Assembly: GCA_963662545.2 (NCBI GenBank)
Contig: CAXXLL010000003.1
Location: forward strand, 896,001-960,000
Length of the DNA stretch: 64,000 nucleotides
From: Gammaproteobacteria bacterium
Lineage (GTDB): Bacteria > Pseudomonadota > Gammaproteobacteria > Ga0077536
Reading direction: 5' to 3'
Shown: one piece after another, positions 1 through 10,168 of the stretch
How the letters are laid out: every line of letters begins with the position of its first letter
How positions within the stretch are numbered: the first letter of the stretch is position 1
Notes under the pieces: model-generated
Database searches by the model: none
What the model was told of the DNA's origin: nothing
The model's input: only the letters and a program-made list of their open reading frames with translations
Program-made: the position numbers and the translations under genes

Positions 1-228
1 TGGATCACACGGGCATACCGATCACCAAACATGCCCACCAATTTCGATGCGGCGGTAAAACCAGGGAACGCAAACAGCGCTCGGATCGACTTGGGATTCT
101 TCATGGCCTTAGCCTACCCACAAAATGAAACCACTTTCACCCCATACGAAATCTCTGAATGTCTACATGATTTCAATGGTTTACACTTGGTCTAATTCAG
201 AATTTACCCACATGAATCCGCGTAGACC
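1..228 (-). mobile_element. Left end of a probable ISL3-family IS (continues out of window); transposase N-terminus at 104..1
   Basis: Minus-strand ORF start MKNPKSIRALFAFPGFTAASKLVGMFGDRYARVI resembles ISL3-type transposase N-termini; terminus GGTCTACGCGGATTC at 228 abuts a truncated gene. Confidence 0.5.
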
Positions 229-603
229 CCGAAATTAAAAAACATCAACCCGGGTGGATCCATCTGGGTTTTTGCTTTAGGCAGCGGTGAAAATAACAGC
301 ACGCTTTCAGCAGACACCATTCCGCCACCCGTGATACCGAAAACACAACTCGTTCGGGATGATAAAACGACCTGGTCCGACACGATAAAACAAGGGGCCG
401 CGCTCTACCAACAGGCCTGCTCGCATTGTCACGGGGTGGAGATGCGAACCTCTGGATCCACCTACGACCTGAGAGTGTTCCCTAAAGATGACAAACAACG
501 GTTTATTGACGCCGTGACCAGAGGTAAAGGTGAAATGCCCGCCTGGGGAAATAAATTGTCAGAGCGGGAAATATCGACGATATATGAGTACGTGGTGCAC
601 TAA
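229..603 (+). pseudogene. 3' remnant of PQQ-dependent dehydrogenase fused to c-type cytochrome
   Basis: Frame open from 229: PKLKNINPGGSIWVFAL (PQQ-ADH C-terminal motif), linker, then CSHCH haem motif and MPAWG; no start codon before the IS end. Confidence 0.6.
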
Positions 604-1010
604 GAAGTCTGTCGGCGGACGATAACCTTGAGCGAAAAACGGCGGTCACCTGTAGACCGGCATGTATATTCGACCCAGTTTCGTCAATGCAGTTATTGGG
701 ACGCGCGATTTATCACGTCTTAGCGATGTACGAGAGCGGCATGTTGACCGATGAAGAGCTGTTTTCCAAAAGTGAAAGTTTATTTTTGTCCTTCTTGCTT
801 GCACCGAGAGGAAAGCGGTGGTGGTAAGCCTACAAGCATTTGCCGCCCGAGGCACTCAAGACCCATGTCGATGGGCGCCGCAGTGAAGGACATTTGAACA
901 TAACGCCGGCGAACGAAGATTTAAATTGGTACAAACTCGATTAGGGGGCGCCATCACCCCATCGACCTCGACGTACGAAACGCAAGATTGCTATTGATTC
1001 CGCGCTCGCG

Positions 1011-1072
1011 AACGTCGCTTCCTGGCCGACCGCTATTGAGGGTACTGCAGACGTAATGCGTAGCAGTGCTGC
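1011..1072 (+). repeat. Array repeat copy 1 (truncated: half of A fused to B)
   Basis: GTCGCTTCCTGGCC joined to GACCGCTATTGAGGGTACTGCAGAC-GTAATGCGTAGCAGTGCTGC. Confidence 0.8.
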
Positions 1073-1296
1073 GCGGCGGCGACCGCGTCCCGAGCGTAGA
1101 CGTTGGCGATGCCGGTGCCGACCCGAATACGCGTGGTTCGCGCAAGCAGGTAGGCGCAGGCAGCGAACGGTTCGCGGCCGCCGACCTCCGGCACCCATAA
1201 AGTGTCGTAACCGAGACCTTCGACCCGGCGGCCGTAATCATCGAGTTCATCAACGGGCATCCCGTCGGTGAACAGCAACACACTGTGCTTCGGCAT
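1070..1296 (-). pseudogene. LLM-class (luciferase-like) oxidoreductase, 5' fragment
   Basis: GYDTLWVPE...TTRIRVGTGIANVYARD; reading runs into repeat copy 1 and stops. Confidence 0.8.
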
Positions 1297-1307
1297 GGCA
1301 TTTCTCC

Positions 1308-1856
1308 TCAGGCGTTGTTTCGGGCGGCGCGGTCAGCATCCGTGTTGATTGATTGGTTAGGCGTCTTCCCTAACTTTGCCATCTGTCCATCGACAACCAT
1401 TGCGAATTCGGGGGATACGTGTTCGATCAGGCTCTTCGCTCGGTGCCAGTCGTCAACCGCACTAGGGTTATTTTTGAAATAGCCGACAAGATAATCGACG
1501 TCTACTGACGTAGATTGTAAGGTCGCTGACGCGTGGCTACCCATGTACGCAAATGCGCAGGCGATATAAAGTTCTTCAAAGGCGGCGGAAATCTGGACCT
1601 TTTCGACCTCCGTAAGGGTTTCACCGGTATTTGCCTTGATAATGGCCTCAACTATCTCTGGACTGTTGATCAATATTCCGCGCCAGCGAGCATACGCTTC
1701 CGTTACGTAACCCGTCGCCTGCATCTGAGCGAATTTTGCACTCTGCTCTGCAGCTATGCGAGCTTGTCGAGTCTGAATCGCCAAATAGATAAGTGTGACG
1801 ATTATCGCCAACGCGCCGATAAATTCGGCGATTCCACTGATTGCGTCCCAGTTCAT
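1308..1856 (-). CDS. Hypothetical protein with N-terminal TM helix (MNWDAI...IQTRQ family)
   Basis: 182-aa ORF; similar N-terminus to 13309-13812. Confidence 0.75.
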   Translation of the reverse strand: MNWDAISGIAEFIGALAIIVTLIYLAIQTRQARIAAEQSAKFAQMQATGYVTEAYARWRGILINSPEIVEAIIKANTGETLTEVEKVQISAAFEELYIACAFAYMGSHASATLQSTSVDVDYLVGYFKNNPSAVDDWHRAKSLIEHVSPEFAMVVDGQMAKLGKTPNQSINTDADRAARNNA

Positions 1857-1920
1857 ATCGGCCGCCTCTAGAAAGTTCCGGAGATAATGGGCTTAGGACT
1901 GTTTAAAACACAACAAGCTG

Positions 1921-2064
1921 ACGTCCGATGTTGGCCGACAGCCCTCGTCGTCATGGTCGCGTGATCGAACGCTGTTGAAAGACCGCTTACGAGCGCATTG
2001 CAGACGTAACGTATAGCAGTGCTGCACTGCCGCGAGGAGGCCGCTGAAGACCCTAAGCAGTCAT
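1921..2064 (+). repeat. Array repeat copy 2 (intact A-B-C)
   Basis: A GTCCGAT-GTTGGCCGAC-AGCCCTC (1923), B GACCGCT-TACGAGCGCAT-TGCAGAC (1981), C GGCCGCT-GAAGACCCTA-AGCAGTC (2039). Confidence 0.9.
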
Positions 2065-2088
2065 CAGGGAGCGAAAATAAGTGCGTCC

Positions 2089-3428
2089 CTGAGGGATCCC
2101 CACAAATTCGACTAGCAAAATTCAAGTTGCACAATGGCGCGTGCCTGTAGATCCCGGAGCGCCTGTAATAAAGTTGAGCGCTGGATTTGAAGTTGCTTGG
2201 CAATGAGGCGAGCACCAACGAATACCACGGATAGGACGGGCTTACGTCTTTCGGTATTGGCCTGTAAACCTTTCACTAAACCTGTTTGGTAACCGACCAA
2301 GCCGACCAACCATTGGGCCAGTGTGGCCAATGCGCACAGCAAGAGTAAGTTCGCCACTCTCTCGGGATCACGTCCCATGTTTTCTCTAAGTGCAAAGCCG
2401 TAACGGGGCGACTTCATGTCGCGGAAGCTCTCTTCAATCTGCATGCGGCGACGATACACGGCAACTACCCGATGCGCACTACGAAGGTTGTCCGGCAGAT
2501 TGCTGGCCAATAACCACGGCTCACGCGCCGCTGCCGACGGTTTCTCGGTATTGCGAGCCCGCGCCGGTTTGCCGTAAGCCGTATAGCAGACACGCCCGCG
2601 TTTCTTACCTTTGTAAACGAATAAATGGGTGTCCAGCGGATTACTTTTCGTGATCAAAAAACGACCCAGTGACTTCGGACGAGCATTGGCTTGGCCGTAG
2701 AGCACTTTGTTCGAATGCCATGCCGCCTCATCCATACCTCGCACGAGGTGACGATGACGGATGCGACCCACGTAATACCATCCCATTGAGGCCACAAGAC
2801 TCAACCAGGGCGTCCGAAATCCTGCATCACTGACCAAGATCGGACAACAGCCCGCAGGCAGAATGGCCTTCAGTCGCTTCAGAAAGCGTTTCTCCGCTTT
2901 GACACTCGCGTAATGGTGTTCGACTTCTTCATACACGGGGATGGCTCGACCACCGACCGCTAAGGCCGCCCGCAATACATAGAGCTCTTGACGTTGATCC
3001 AGATTAGACCAATCCACCAACACCACCGGATGCGCACAGTCCGATACCAATAACCGAGCTATCCATTGATACCACTGCAAACGCTCACCACCGAGCTGAC
3101 GATTACCCAGCAAGCGATCGACGCGCTTAATCGCGTGTTTCTCGCTCGTGCCACTGTCTATGCTCCGACCGATATGCGTCAGCCACAAACGTCGGCCCCG
3201 AAGTAAACCGCCGACCGCCGCCCAAACCGAGAGTCGACGACCCAAATGCACACCGTATAGCGCTTCGCTGCTCATTTCATGTAACAATTTCAATACCTGC
3301 ATGGCTCACCTCGTCGTTCACAGATTGTCTTGCAACAACTGAGATCAACTCGAGCCATGCAGGTTCCACGAACCCACAAATCAATCTATCGCTTTGTATT
3401 TCGTTGGGGTTTTATGGGGATTCCTCAG
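2089..3428 (-). mobile_element. IS4 family (IS10-like) element
   Basis: TIRs CTGAGGGATCCCCA / TGGGGATTCCTCAG; 9-bp TSD AGTGCGTCC (2080-2088, 3429-3437). Confidence 0.92.
2112..3302 (-). CDS. IS4-family DDE transposase
   Basis: VDWS, DAGF, YRRRMQIEESFRDMK (Y-R-E-K motif). Confidence 0.93.
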   Translation of the reverse strand: MQVLKLLHEMSSEALYGVHLGRRLSVWAAVGGLLRGRRLWLTHIGRSIDSGTSEKHAIKRVDRLLGNRQLGGERLQWYQWIARLLVSDCAHPVVLVDWSNLDQRQELYVLRAALAVGGRAIPVYEEVEHHYASVKAEKRFLKRLKAILPAGCCPILVSDAGFRTPWLSLVASMGWYYVGRIRHRHLVRGMDEAAWHSNKVLYGQANARPKSLGRFLITKSNPLDTHLFVYKGKKRGRVCYTAYGKPARARNTEKPSAAAREPWLLASNLPDNLRSAHRVVAVYRRRMQIEESFRDMKSPRYGFALRENMGRDPERVANLLLLCALATLAQWLVGLVGYQTGLVKGLQANTERRKPVLSVVFVGARLIAKQLQIQRSTLLQALRDLQARAIVQLEFC

Positions 3429-3461
3429 AGTGCGTCCCCTTTTCCGTATTGCCTTTCGGGT

Positions 3462-4364
3462 CTACGAACTCTTTCCGACCTTTTCGAGGAATTCGAAGAT
3501 TAGATTTTCCGGTGCTTTGATGACGTGTTCGGTTGCCGGAAATTTCTTGTTCTGGACGTCATTGATGAATTCCGTGAAGCCGGCGATGCGTTCGCGCTGC
3601 ATCTCTTGCTTCATCTTATACATGTTTCGGTACTGCTTTGAGTGGCGCGGATAAGGCGGCGGGTTGTTGCCAAGAATGTCCTCCGCAAACAGGAACTGGA
3701 TGTCACCGCCGCCGCCTCCGCCGATGGATGATGTCATCAGCGTTGTGCGACTGCTGATCTCGGCGAGCAGTTCTTCGGGGACGACTTCGACCTCGACGGC
3801 GTAGGCGCCCGCGCGCTCAAGCGTCTTGATTTCCTCGTAGATCCACATCGCTTCGTCGAGCGTTTTGCCGACGGCGCGCAGCCCGCCCGTCCATGTACTT
3901 TTGCGCGGGACGAGGCCGGCGTGGCCCTGTACGGGAATGCCGGCTTCGGCAGCGGCTTCGATGAATCGCGGGCTCCATTGGCACATGATGGCATCGGCAC
4001 CAAGCTTCATCGCGTCATAGCCGAGCCGCACGGCTTCCTCTGGACTGGCCGCTGCAACCAAGGGCACGGAAAATGCCATGAAAGTATTGGGTGCGGCCTT
4101 GCGAATGGCGGCTGCTGGTTCGGGCTGGGCGGGATCGAAACGCACCTTCATGGTGTCGATGCCGGCTTCTTCGGCGGCAGCGGCTTCTTCTGGTGAGAAC
4201 GGAAGCGTTTCGACGAGGACGCGCTTGCCCTTCTGATCGCGCAGACCTTTGACGGTATAATTGCGCGTGCCATAGGTGCCGCCGAGCGTCATGACGCGTG
4301 TCAGCCCGCGATTGCCTGCGTCTCTTGGCGGGATGCCGCCGTCACTCGTTGCGTGGTTTGCCAT
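3462..4364 (-). CDS. PanB-like (ketopantoate hydroxymethyltransferase family) protein, divergent
   Basis: GIPVQGHAGLVP, GGLRAVGKT, AGAYAVEVEVVP, IGGG, KFP motifs; lacks the GDS motif. Confidence 0.75.
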   Translation of the reverse strand: MANHATSDGGIPPRDAGNRGLTRVMTLGGTYGTRNYTVKGLRDQKGKRVLVETLPFSPEEAAAAEEAGIDTMKVRFDPAQPEPAAAIRKAAPNTFMAFSVPLVAAASPEEAVRLGYDAMKLGADAIMCQWSPRFIEAAAEAGIPVQGHAGLVPRKSTWTGGLRAVGKTLDEAMWIYEEIKTLERAGAYAVEVEVVPEELLAEISSRTTLMTSSIGGGGGGDIQFLFAEDILGNNPPPYPRHSKQYRNMYKMKQEMQRERIAGFTEFINDVQNKKFPATEHVIKAPENLIFEFLEKVGKSS

Positions 4365-4639
4365 TTGTCTAATCTCGCTTTGCGATCCGAATTGGTTTAA
4401 CCAAACTTTATCAGGTCAAGGGGTCAGATCCCTCGTTGTTTTCGATCCTCTTTGATAGCTCTCGCAAGTTCGCGTTTTACTGTTTCGGTTTCTTCTGTGA
4501 CGACGGCCAATTTTTCGACCGATGCCTTAACTAAGGTTTCTTTCAGCGATCCGCGATCATCACGATTCAAGTGTTAAGCGCACACCATACGGTGGTGGCG
4601 CATTGGCTTAGGCTTCGTGGGCAGTCTGAAAAGGAGTTT

Positions 4640-4715
4640 GGGGGACAGTTTACCTATTGTGTTTACGTGTAGTTCGACCTATCACGTCTCGAACTGGGTT
4701 TAGTAAACTGTCCCC
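4640..4715. repeat. REP-like inverted repeat GGGGACAGTTTAC...GTAAACTGTCCCC
   Basis: 13-bp perfect inverted arms downstream of the LLM gene. Confidence 0.7.
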
Positions 4716-4743
4716 GGAATTGGACCTAGAGGGTCCTCAACTA

Positions 4744-5766
4744 TCACCGGTCACGGAAGGCCGGTATGACTTCCGTGGCGAAACGCTCAATCGCTCGGTT
4801 ACACGTGGGGACATCCATCCCAGGGAGCTGCATGTTCATGACAAAATCCGTACAGATGTACTCATTGCAAAATTTGTCGAGCTTCTCTGCAACCTGATCC
4901 GCCGTCCCAACGAAGAACACATCCGTGAGAGCGGACTCGCGTATATCGCGTGGCTCCTTCACCGGGAGCGGTTGGTCGTCGCCTTCAGCATCGTTCGCGC
5001 CTTCAAGAATGTCCTGGTAGAACTCGAGCAGATGAAACAAGTGATCCTGACATTCTTCCCAGGCCTGATCTTCACTGTCGGCAATGTGACCCATGCGCAA
5101 TTGCGCAATTTTAAAGTCGTCCGGGTTGTACCCTTCTTCCTTTAAGGTTTCACGGTACAGCGGCGCTGGATCAGGGCCGAATGTTGCCATGAAATGGTGA
5201 CCGGCCTTTGCGGCGCGGCGGATACCCTTGGGGCCGCGAGCGCCTACCCAGATTGGCGGGTGCGGCTGTTGTACCGGTTTCGGCGACAGGTGCAAATCTT
5301 CAATTTGCGTGAATTCACCTTTAAACGACACGCGGTCCTCTGTATGAAGACGTTTGTAGATGTCGAGCGCCTCGTAAAGGCGGCGCGCGCGGGTAGAGCG
5401 GTCCAGACAAAAAGATTTGAACTCGTGGTACGAGTAGCCCTGGCCAACCCCGAAATCAAAACGGCCGTTAGAGATGATATCCACGTTGGCGACGTCTTCT
5501 GCCACGCGCACCGGATGGTTATAAGGCAGCAACAGGATGAACGTCGCAATGCGGATACGCGTGGTCTGCGCCGCAATCGCGGCGGCAGTCGGCAGTATCG
5601 ACGGGTTGTAGCCGTCTTCCGTAAAGTGATGCTCGGTCAACCACACATGGTCGTAACCCAGTTCCTCCGATCGCTTAATTTGTGCAAGGATATCCCGATA
5701 CAAATCAGCATACGGCCGGCGCCACCGTAGTGGATTACGAAAGTCTTCCATTAGTCCAAAACGCAT
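4744..5766 (-). CDS. LLM-class flavin-dependent oxidoreductase
   Basis: VWLTEHHF, SNGRFDFGVGQGY, PKPVQQPHPPIWVG. Confidence 0.9.
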   Translation of the reverse strand: MRFGLMEDFRNPLRWRRPYADLYRDILAQIKRSEELGYDHVWLTEHHFTEDGYNPSILPTAAAIAAQTTRIRIATFILLLPYNHPVRVAEDVANVDIISNGRFDFGVGQGYSYHEFKSFCLDRSTRARRLYEALDIYKRLHTEDRVSFKGEFTQIEDLHLSPKPVQQPHPPIWVGARGPKGIRRAAKAGHHFMATFGPDPAPLYRETLKEEGYNPDDFKIAQLRMGHIADSEDQAWEECQDHLFHLLEFYQDILEGANDAEGDDQPLPVKEPRDIRESALTDVFFVGTADQVAEKLDKFCNEYICTDFVMNMQLPGMDVPTCNRAIERFATEVIPAFRDR

Positions 5767-5871
5767 TGATTCATCCCTCGTAGTTCAAAAGTTGTATTTC
5801 AGATGGCTCAGAAGCGGCAGGTCCAATTCCGTTGTTGGCCATCTCATTGTGCAAACCGCCGTATGCAACGC

Positions 5872-7726
5872 TTACTTGACGATTAGTCCGGCAAGATCTC
5901 CCTTTTCGCGCCAAGCCGCAAGCATATTGAAGAAGGGCACTGGACCTTCGGGATATTGATTGTCGATAAATGCTTGCCCGGTGTTTTTACCCTCTACGTT
6001 GTAATAGCTAGGGGTGCAGGCCTCCTGGTACTTACGCATGGGGCCGGGACTGGACACCAAATCCACATACTCGGCCTCGGCCTCCGGCGTCGCCTCGATC
6101 GACTTTGCATCGCGCCGGATTACTGCGGCGACGAGATGGGCAATGTGTTCCGCTTGTCCGCCTGCGGTGTAGGTGTAGTTAAATGCGAGTCCCGTTTGCG
6201 TGAGCCCCATGTGAAAGCAGTTTGGAAGCCCGGGCGTGCGGCCGGCGAACGTAGCCGTGGCTCAGAAAGCCGTGGAAAGTTCTCATGCCCTCCGACCAAT
6301 AGTCGCTCAGCGTCTTACCGTCGCGTCCATACACCTCGCACTCGGAGCGCCGGGTGTAGGAGGTACCCACCTCAAAACCCGTTGCGAAGATCAGACAGTC
6401 GACTTCGTGCTCGACACCATCAACTACTACTGAATTCTCTGTGACGCGCTCGATGCCCTTCCCCTTGGTATCAACCAGTTCTACATTCGGCCGGTTGAAT
6501 GCCTGCAGATATTCATCGTGAAAGTTGGGACGCTTGCACCATTGGCCATACCACGGCTTGAGCGCCTCCGCGGTTCCAGTGTCTTCGACTATCCGGGAAA
6601 CGCGATCTCGGATCTCGTTTCCTTTCTGGTAGTCGGCGATCTCGCGGATGAGTGCCTTCCTTTCATCCGACATGTTCGACTCACCGCCGGTGTCGAGGAT
6701 CTTGTAAGTAAGTTTGAAAAAGTCCGTCCACTTGTCGTTGACCAGATTCTTATCAACTGGGAGACCCGCCATGATCGAGCAGAAGTTTTTATCCCGTTCG
6801 GCTTGCCAGTCTGGTCTGAGTGACTTTGCCCATTCTTCATCGGTCGGTCTGTTATTGCGCTCATCTACGGAAGCCGGCGTGCGCTGAAACAGGTAGAGGT
6901 GCTTTGCGCAGGCACCGACAGGCGGCACCACCTGGATCCCCGTCGCCCCCGTGCCAATAACGCCAACGCGTTTGTCAGCGAGCTTGTTCAATCTGCCTGT
7001 GCTGTCTCCACCTGTGTACGCATAGTCCCACCGGCTCGTGTGAAAGGTGTGTCCCTTGAAATCGGTGATTCCCGGGATCGCGGGAAGCTTCGGCCGGTGC
7101 AGCGGCCCGCTCGACATGATGACAAAACTTGCTTTGAAAATGTCGCCGCGATCGGTCTTTACCGTCCAGCGTCCTTCTTCCTTGGACCAGCGCGCCTCTT
7201 GCATCTGCGTCTGGAAACAGGCCCGGTCGTAGAGCTTGAAATGCCTGCCGATCCGCTGCATATGCTCGAATATCTCGGGCTGGTGGGCGTACCTCTCTTT
7301 GGGGATGTACCCGGTTTCTTCCAGGAGCGGCATATAGATATAGGCCTCCGTGTCGCACTGGGCACCGGGATAACGATTCCAATACCAGACCCCACCGAAG
7401 TCGCCGGCTTTTTCGATGATGCGAACATCGGTGACGCCCGCCTTTTGCAGCCGAACCGCGGCTAAGAGGCCCCCAATACCGCCACCGAGGATCACCACGT
7501 CGAGCTCCTCGTGGAGCGCATCACGACTGAAGCCCGGTTCTATATGGGGATCGTCTTCGTAGTGTGCGAAGTCGCCGATTACCTCCACATACTGATCGTT
7601 GCCTTCCTTGCGCATGCGCTTATCACGTTCTTCCGCGTATTTCTGCCGCACGTCTGCAGGATCGAAGCCCAAGAGTTCGGGATCCAGAACATCGGAATTG
7701 TGATCCGCGGGTTTAGCTTTGGTCAT
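5872..7726 (-). pseudogene. Baeyer-Villiger (flavin-containing) monooxygenase, frameshifted near 6225-6255
   Basis: GGGIGG, GGVWYWNRYPG, FKGHTFHTSRW, GTGATG; C-terminus (PNCFHMG...CTPSYYNVEG) lies in another frame. Confidence 0.88.
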
Positions 7727-7770
7727 CGTATCGATCTCCGATTATGTGAATGCGCAATAACTGAAGCTGG

Positions 7771-8079
7771 AATTCAGTACTCTTCCGCCTGAACCGCCGC
7801 CTGCCTTATCCGGCGGTCGTAGGCCGCTGTGTCGGTCCAGTACGCGATGAACAGCGTTCGTATACGATTGCGCATCAACGAAGACACCGCGATTCAACTC
7901 TACCGGGTCATCGTCCAGCGTGAACAGAGGGCGATAGGTCTCGAGCGCCGCCGCCGCTTGGTCCCCGTCCTGCGCCTACGCGCCAATCTGGGCGAATTGC
8001 ACCGCGGTAACACCGTGGGGCCAGTCGAGATTCCACAATTCGACTGCTTGATCGTGATCTGCATTGGGTTCCTGTGTCA
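7771..8079 (-). pseudogene. Possible aldoxime-dehydratase-like 5' fragment
   Basis: Internal stop and frameshift; pieces DDDPVELNRGVFVDAQSYTN / TLFIAYWTDTAAYDR resemble the Oxd N-terminal region from memory. Confidence 0.35.
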
Positions 8080-8263
8080 TGGTTATATCCTCGTCGACCT
8101 TAGCCACCAGTCGAGCGCCGCAACGCGGGGCAACCAATCGGAAGAAGATTATAGGGTGGTCTGACCCCATTTCCCGATCATAATTTCTCCGACACGCCGA
8201 CTGCAGCGTATACCAGCGCATCACTTGGCACAGAAATAGTTCGACGTTCGTCTGCTTTTGGCC

Positions 8264-8422
8264 GAGGCTGTGTCAAAAGTCGAAAAATGGAGCCCGCTGC
8301 GAAAATTTTCCCCACTTAGGTTGTTATGCACGATTGATTAAGGGAACACACCGCCTAAGGTAGGCAAATCGAGCTAAACTTCTCCCACTTTCAAAATTCA
8401 AAAATACTTTTGACACAGCCTC
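8264..8422. mobile_element. MITE-1 (159 bp, IS1182-type ends)
   Basis: TIR GAGGCTGTGTCAAAAG; GGCC TSD; second copy inverted at 17582-17740. Confidence 0.88.
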
Positions 8423-8543
8423 GGCCGTAAGCCGACCTGCTCCGCTAACCTTCCGCTAAACGCTACTCGACGACCGCTTACGAGCGGATTGCAGACGTAA
8501 TCCTTAGAAGTGCTGCACTGCCGCGAGGCGGCGGCTTCCGACC

Positions 8544-8703
8544 CAGAGTGTGTGAAAACTATTTTCATTTTTCAAAAGTGGGGGAACTACCCTCGAAATT
8601 GGATCTAATTGAAATGCCGATCCCTATTCGAGGGGCATAACAACTATGCTGGTGGGGAATATTTTTATTTCGTCGTCGTATTTTTGAGTTTTCACACAGT
8701 CTG
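8544..8703. mobile_element. MITE-2 (160 bp, ends shared with the resident IS1182)
   Basis: TIR CAGA(G/C)TGTGTGAAAACT; GACC TSD; second copy at 23293-23452. Confidence 0.9.
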
Positions 8704-9241
8704 GACCCAAAGGCGACATGCATCAGCAAGGTCAAGCGCTGTGTTGAACGAAAATAAACCTGGCCCCTTTCCCGTTCCGCGGTATCGCCCGGAAACGAGG
8801 TGAGAGGATATTTCCACATGCCCGGTGGCTAAAGCGGGCATCCAGTCTCGCCCGTCTATTGGGGTGGTCATGAAGCCTGGGCGAAAGGCAAACGGTTGCC
8901 CTTCCTGCCAGGCGAGGCCGTGTATGAGCTGGAGGCCAATCCGGCGTCCGAGCGGTGACTGGAAATGATGACCTGAATTAGGCGATCAAACTTTTCAACG
9001 ATCGAAAAATAAATTCGACTCAAAATCAACTAATGACCTTTTGTCACTACAAAATCACCGACCGTCAATAACTTGAACCTCGAACTGCTAGTGAAGACAT
9101 GAAGTTGTGACAATTATTTGCATCTGGAGAAGCTATATTGTTGATGGGTTCTGTGAATTTAGATGCAAGCTATCCTTGTGCAAACGGGCCGAGTACGGTA
9201 ACCGGCTGGAGAAGACCATGAGAACGTGTATCAAATGCAAA

Positions 9242-9916
9242 ATGATGGTCAACCGTGCGATCGCCGCCATGGCCGTTATAACTGTCGTATTGGCCTTACC
9301 ACAAGCCAACGCCGCAGACATTGGCGCTTTTGATTCTGGCTGGTACGACGACTTCAATGGCCAACACATCCCTACCAGCCAGAACTACGTTGCAAGCAAA
9401 AGCCTTGCCCAAGAATTGAGAAACTTCTTTGTATTCGATTTGTCCGCCGTGAGCGGAACAGTTACGGGTGCCACCTTGAATTTGCGACGCTACAACTCCA
9501 CTACTAGCAACGATACCTACTCGAGCTGGGACGTGACGACGCCTTTGGCGACCCTGCTTGCCGGCGGAACTGGCCTTTTCTCTATCTTCAACGACCTTGG
9601 CTCGGGCACCTTTTACGGGTCTTCTCCGGTGCCGAACACTGGAAGCAGCGGGGACATCCTCTCCTTTCCCTTGAATACCACCGCCGTGACGGCCATCAAC
9701 TCTGCACTGGGCGGCACTTTCGTGATCGGGGGCAGTACCACCGGCAACCTCCCCCTAACGCAGCTGTTTGGCGGCAGCAACTTTCCCGGACCCAATGAGC
9801 GGTTCCTTACCTTGACCGGAAGTGTCGTTGTTATTCCCGTTCCCTTGTCGCTGGTATTACTCGGCTCGGGGTTTGGTGGCCTTCTATTGGTCGGGCGAGG
9901 ACGTCGGAACAATTAA
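9242..9916 (+). CDS. Secreted VPLPA/PEP-CTERM sorting-domain protein (start uncertain)
   Basis: Signal peptide ending QANA; C-terminus IPVPLSLVLLGSGFGGLLLVGRGRR. Confidence 0.85.
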   Translation: MMVNRAIAAMAVITVVLALPQANAADIGAFDSGWYDDFNGQHIPTSQNYVASKSLAQELRNFFVFDLSAVSGTVTGATLNLRRYNSTTSNDTYSSWDVTTPLATLLAGGTGLFSIFNDLGSGTFYGSSPVPNTGSSGDILSFPLNTTAVTAINSALGGTFVIGGSTTGNLPLTQLFGGSNFPGPNERFLTLTGSVVVIPVPLSLVLLGSGFGGLLLVGRGRRNN

Positions 9917-10000
9917 TCGATAATCACTCTGGACCCTTAATCTGGAATCGGCTATTGGCGCCGTAGAGCTAAATAGAACAGGCAAAATGCTGGTGACAAG

Positions 10001-10026
10001 GAACCTGCTTCGGCGGGTTTCTTTTT
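10001..10026 (+). terminator. Rho-independent terminator
   Basis: GAACCTGC-TTCG-GCGGGTTT followed by CTTTTT. Confidence 0.65.
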
Positions 10027-10168
10027 GACATCGTCATTACCGCTATTGGCCGACTGCCGCCCCGCAACATGTTCACGCTACCAAACGCTACTGGACGACC
10101 GCTATGGAGGGTACTGCAGACGTAATCTAGGGCGGTGCTGCACTGCCGCGACAAGTCGGCTGACGACC

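Larger units (their letters stand above)
8248..8719 (+). repeat. Array repeat copy 3 (MITE-1 in A, MITE-2 in C)
   Basis: A arm GTCTGCT 8250, B 8472, C 8530; subsites rejoin once the MITEs are removed. Confidence 0.9.

Noticed and set aside
8565-8819. Recurrent short ORFs (e.g. ...GSRLCENSKIRRR..., MDRERGRRNR...) at 8565, 9969, 13860, 23314
   Set aside because: They are translations of MITE, IS-end and repeat DNA, not genes.
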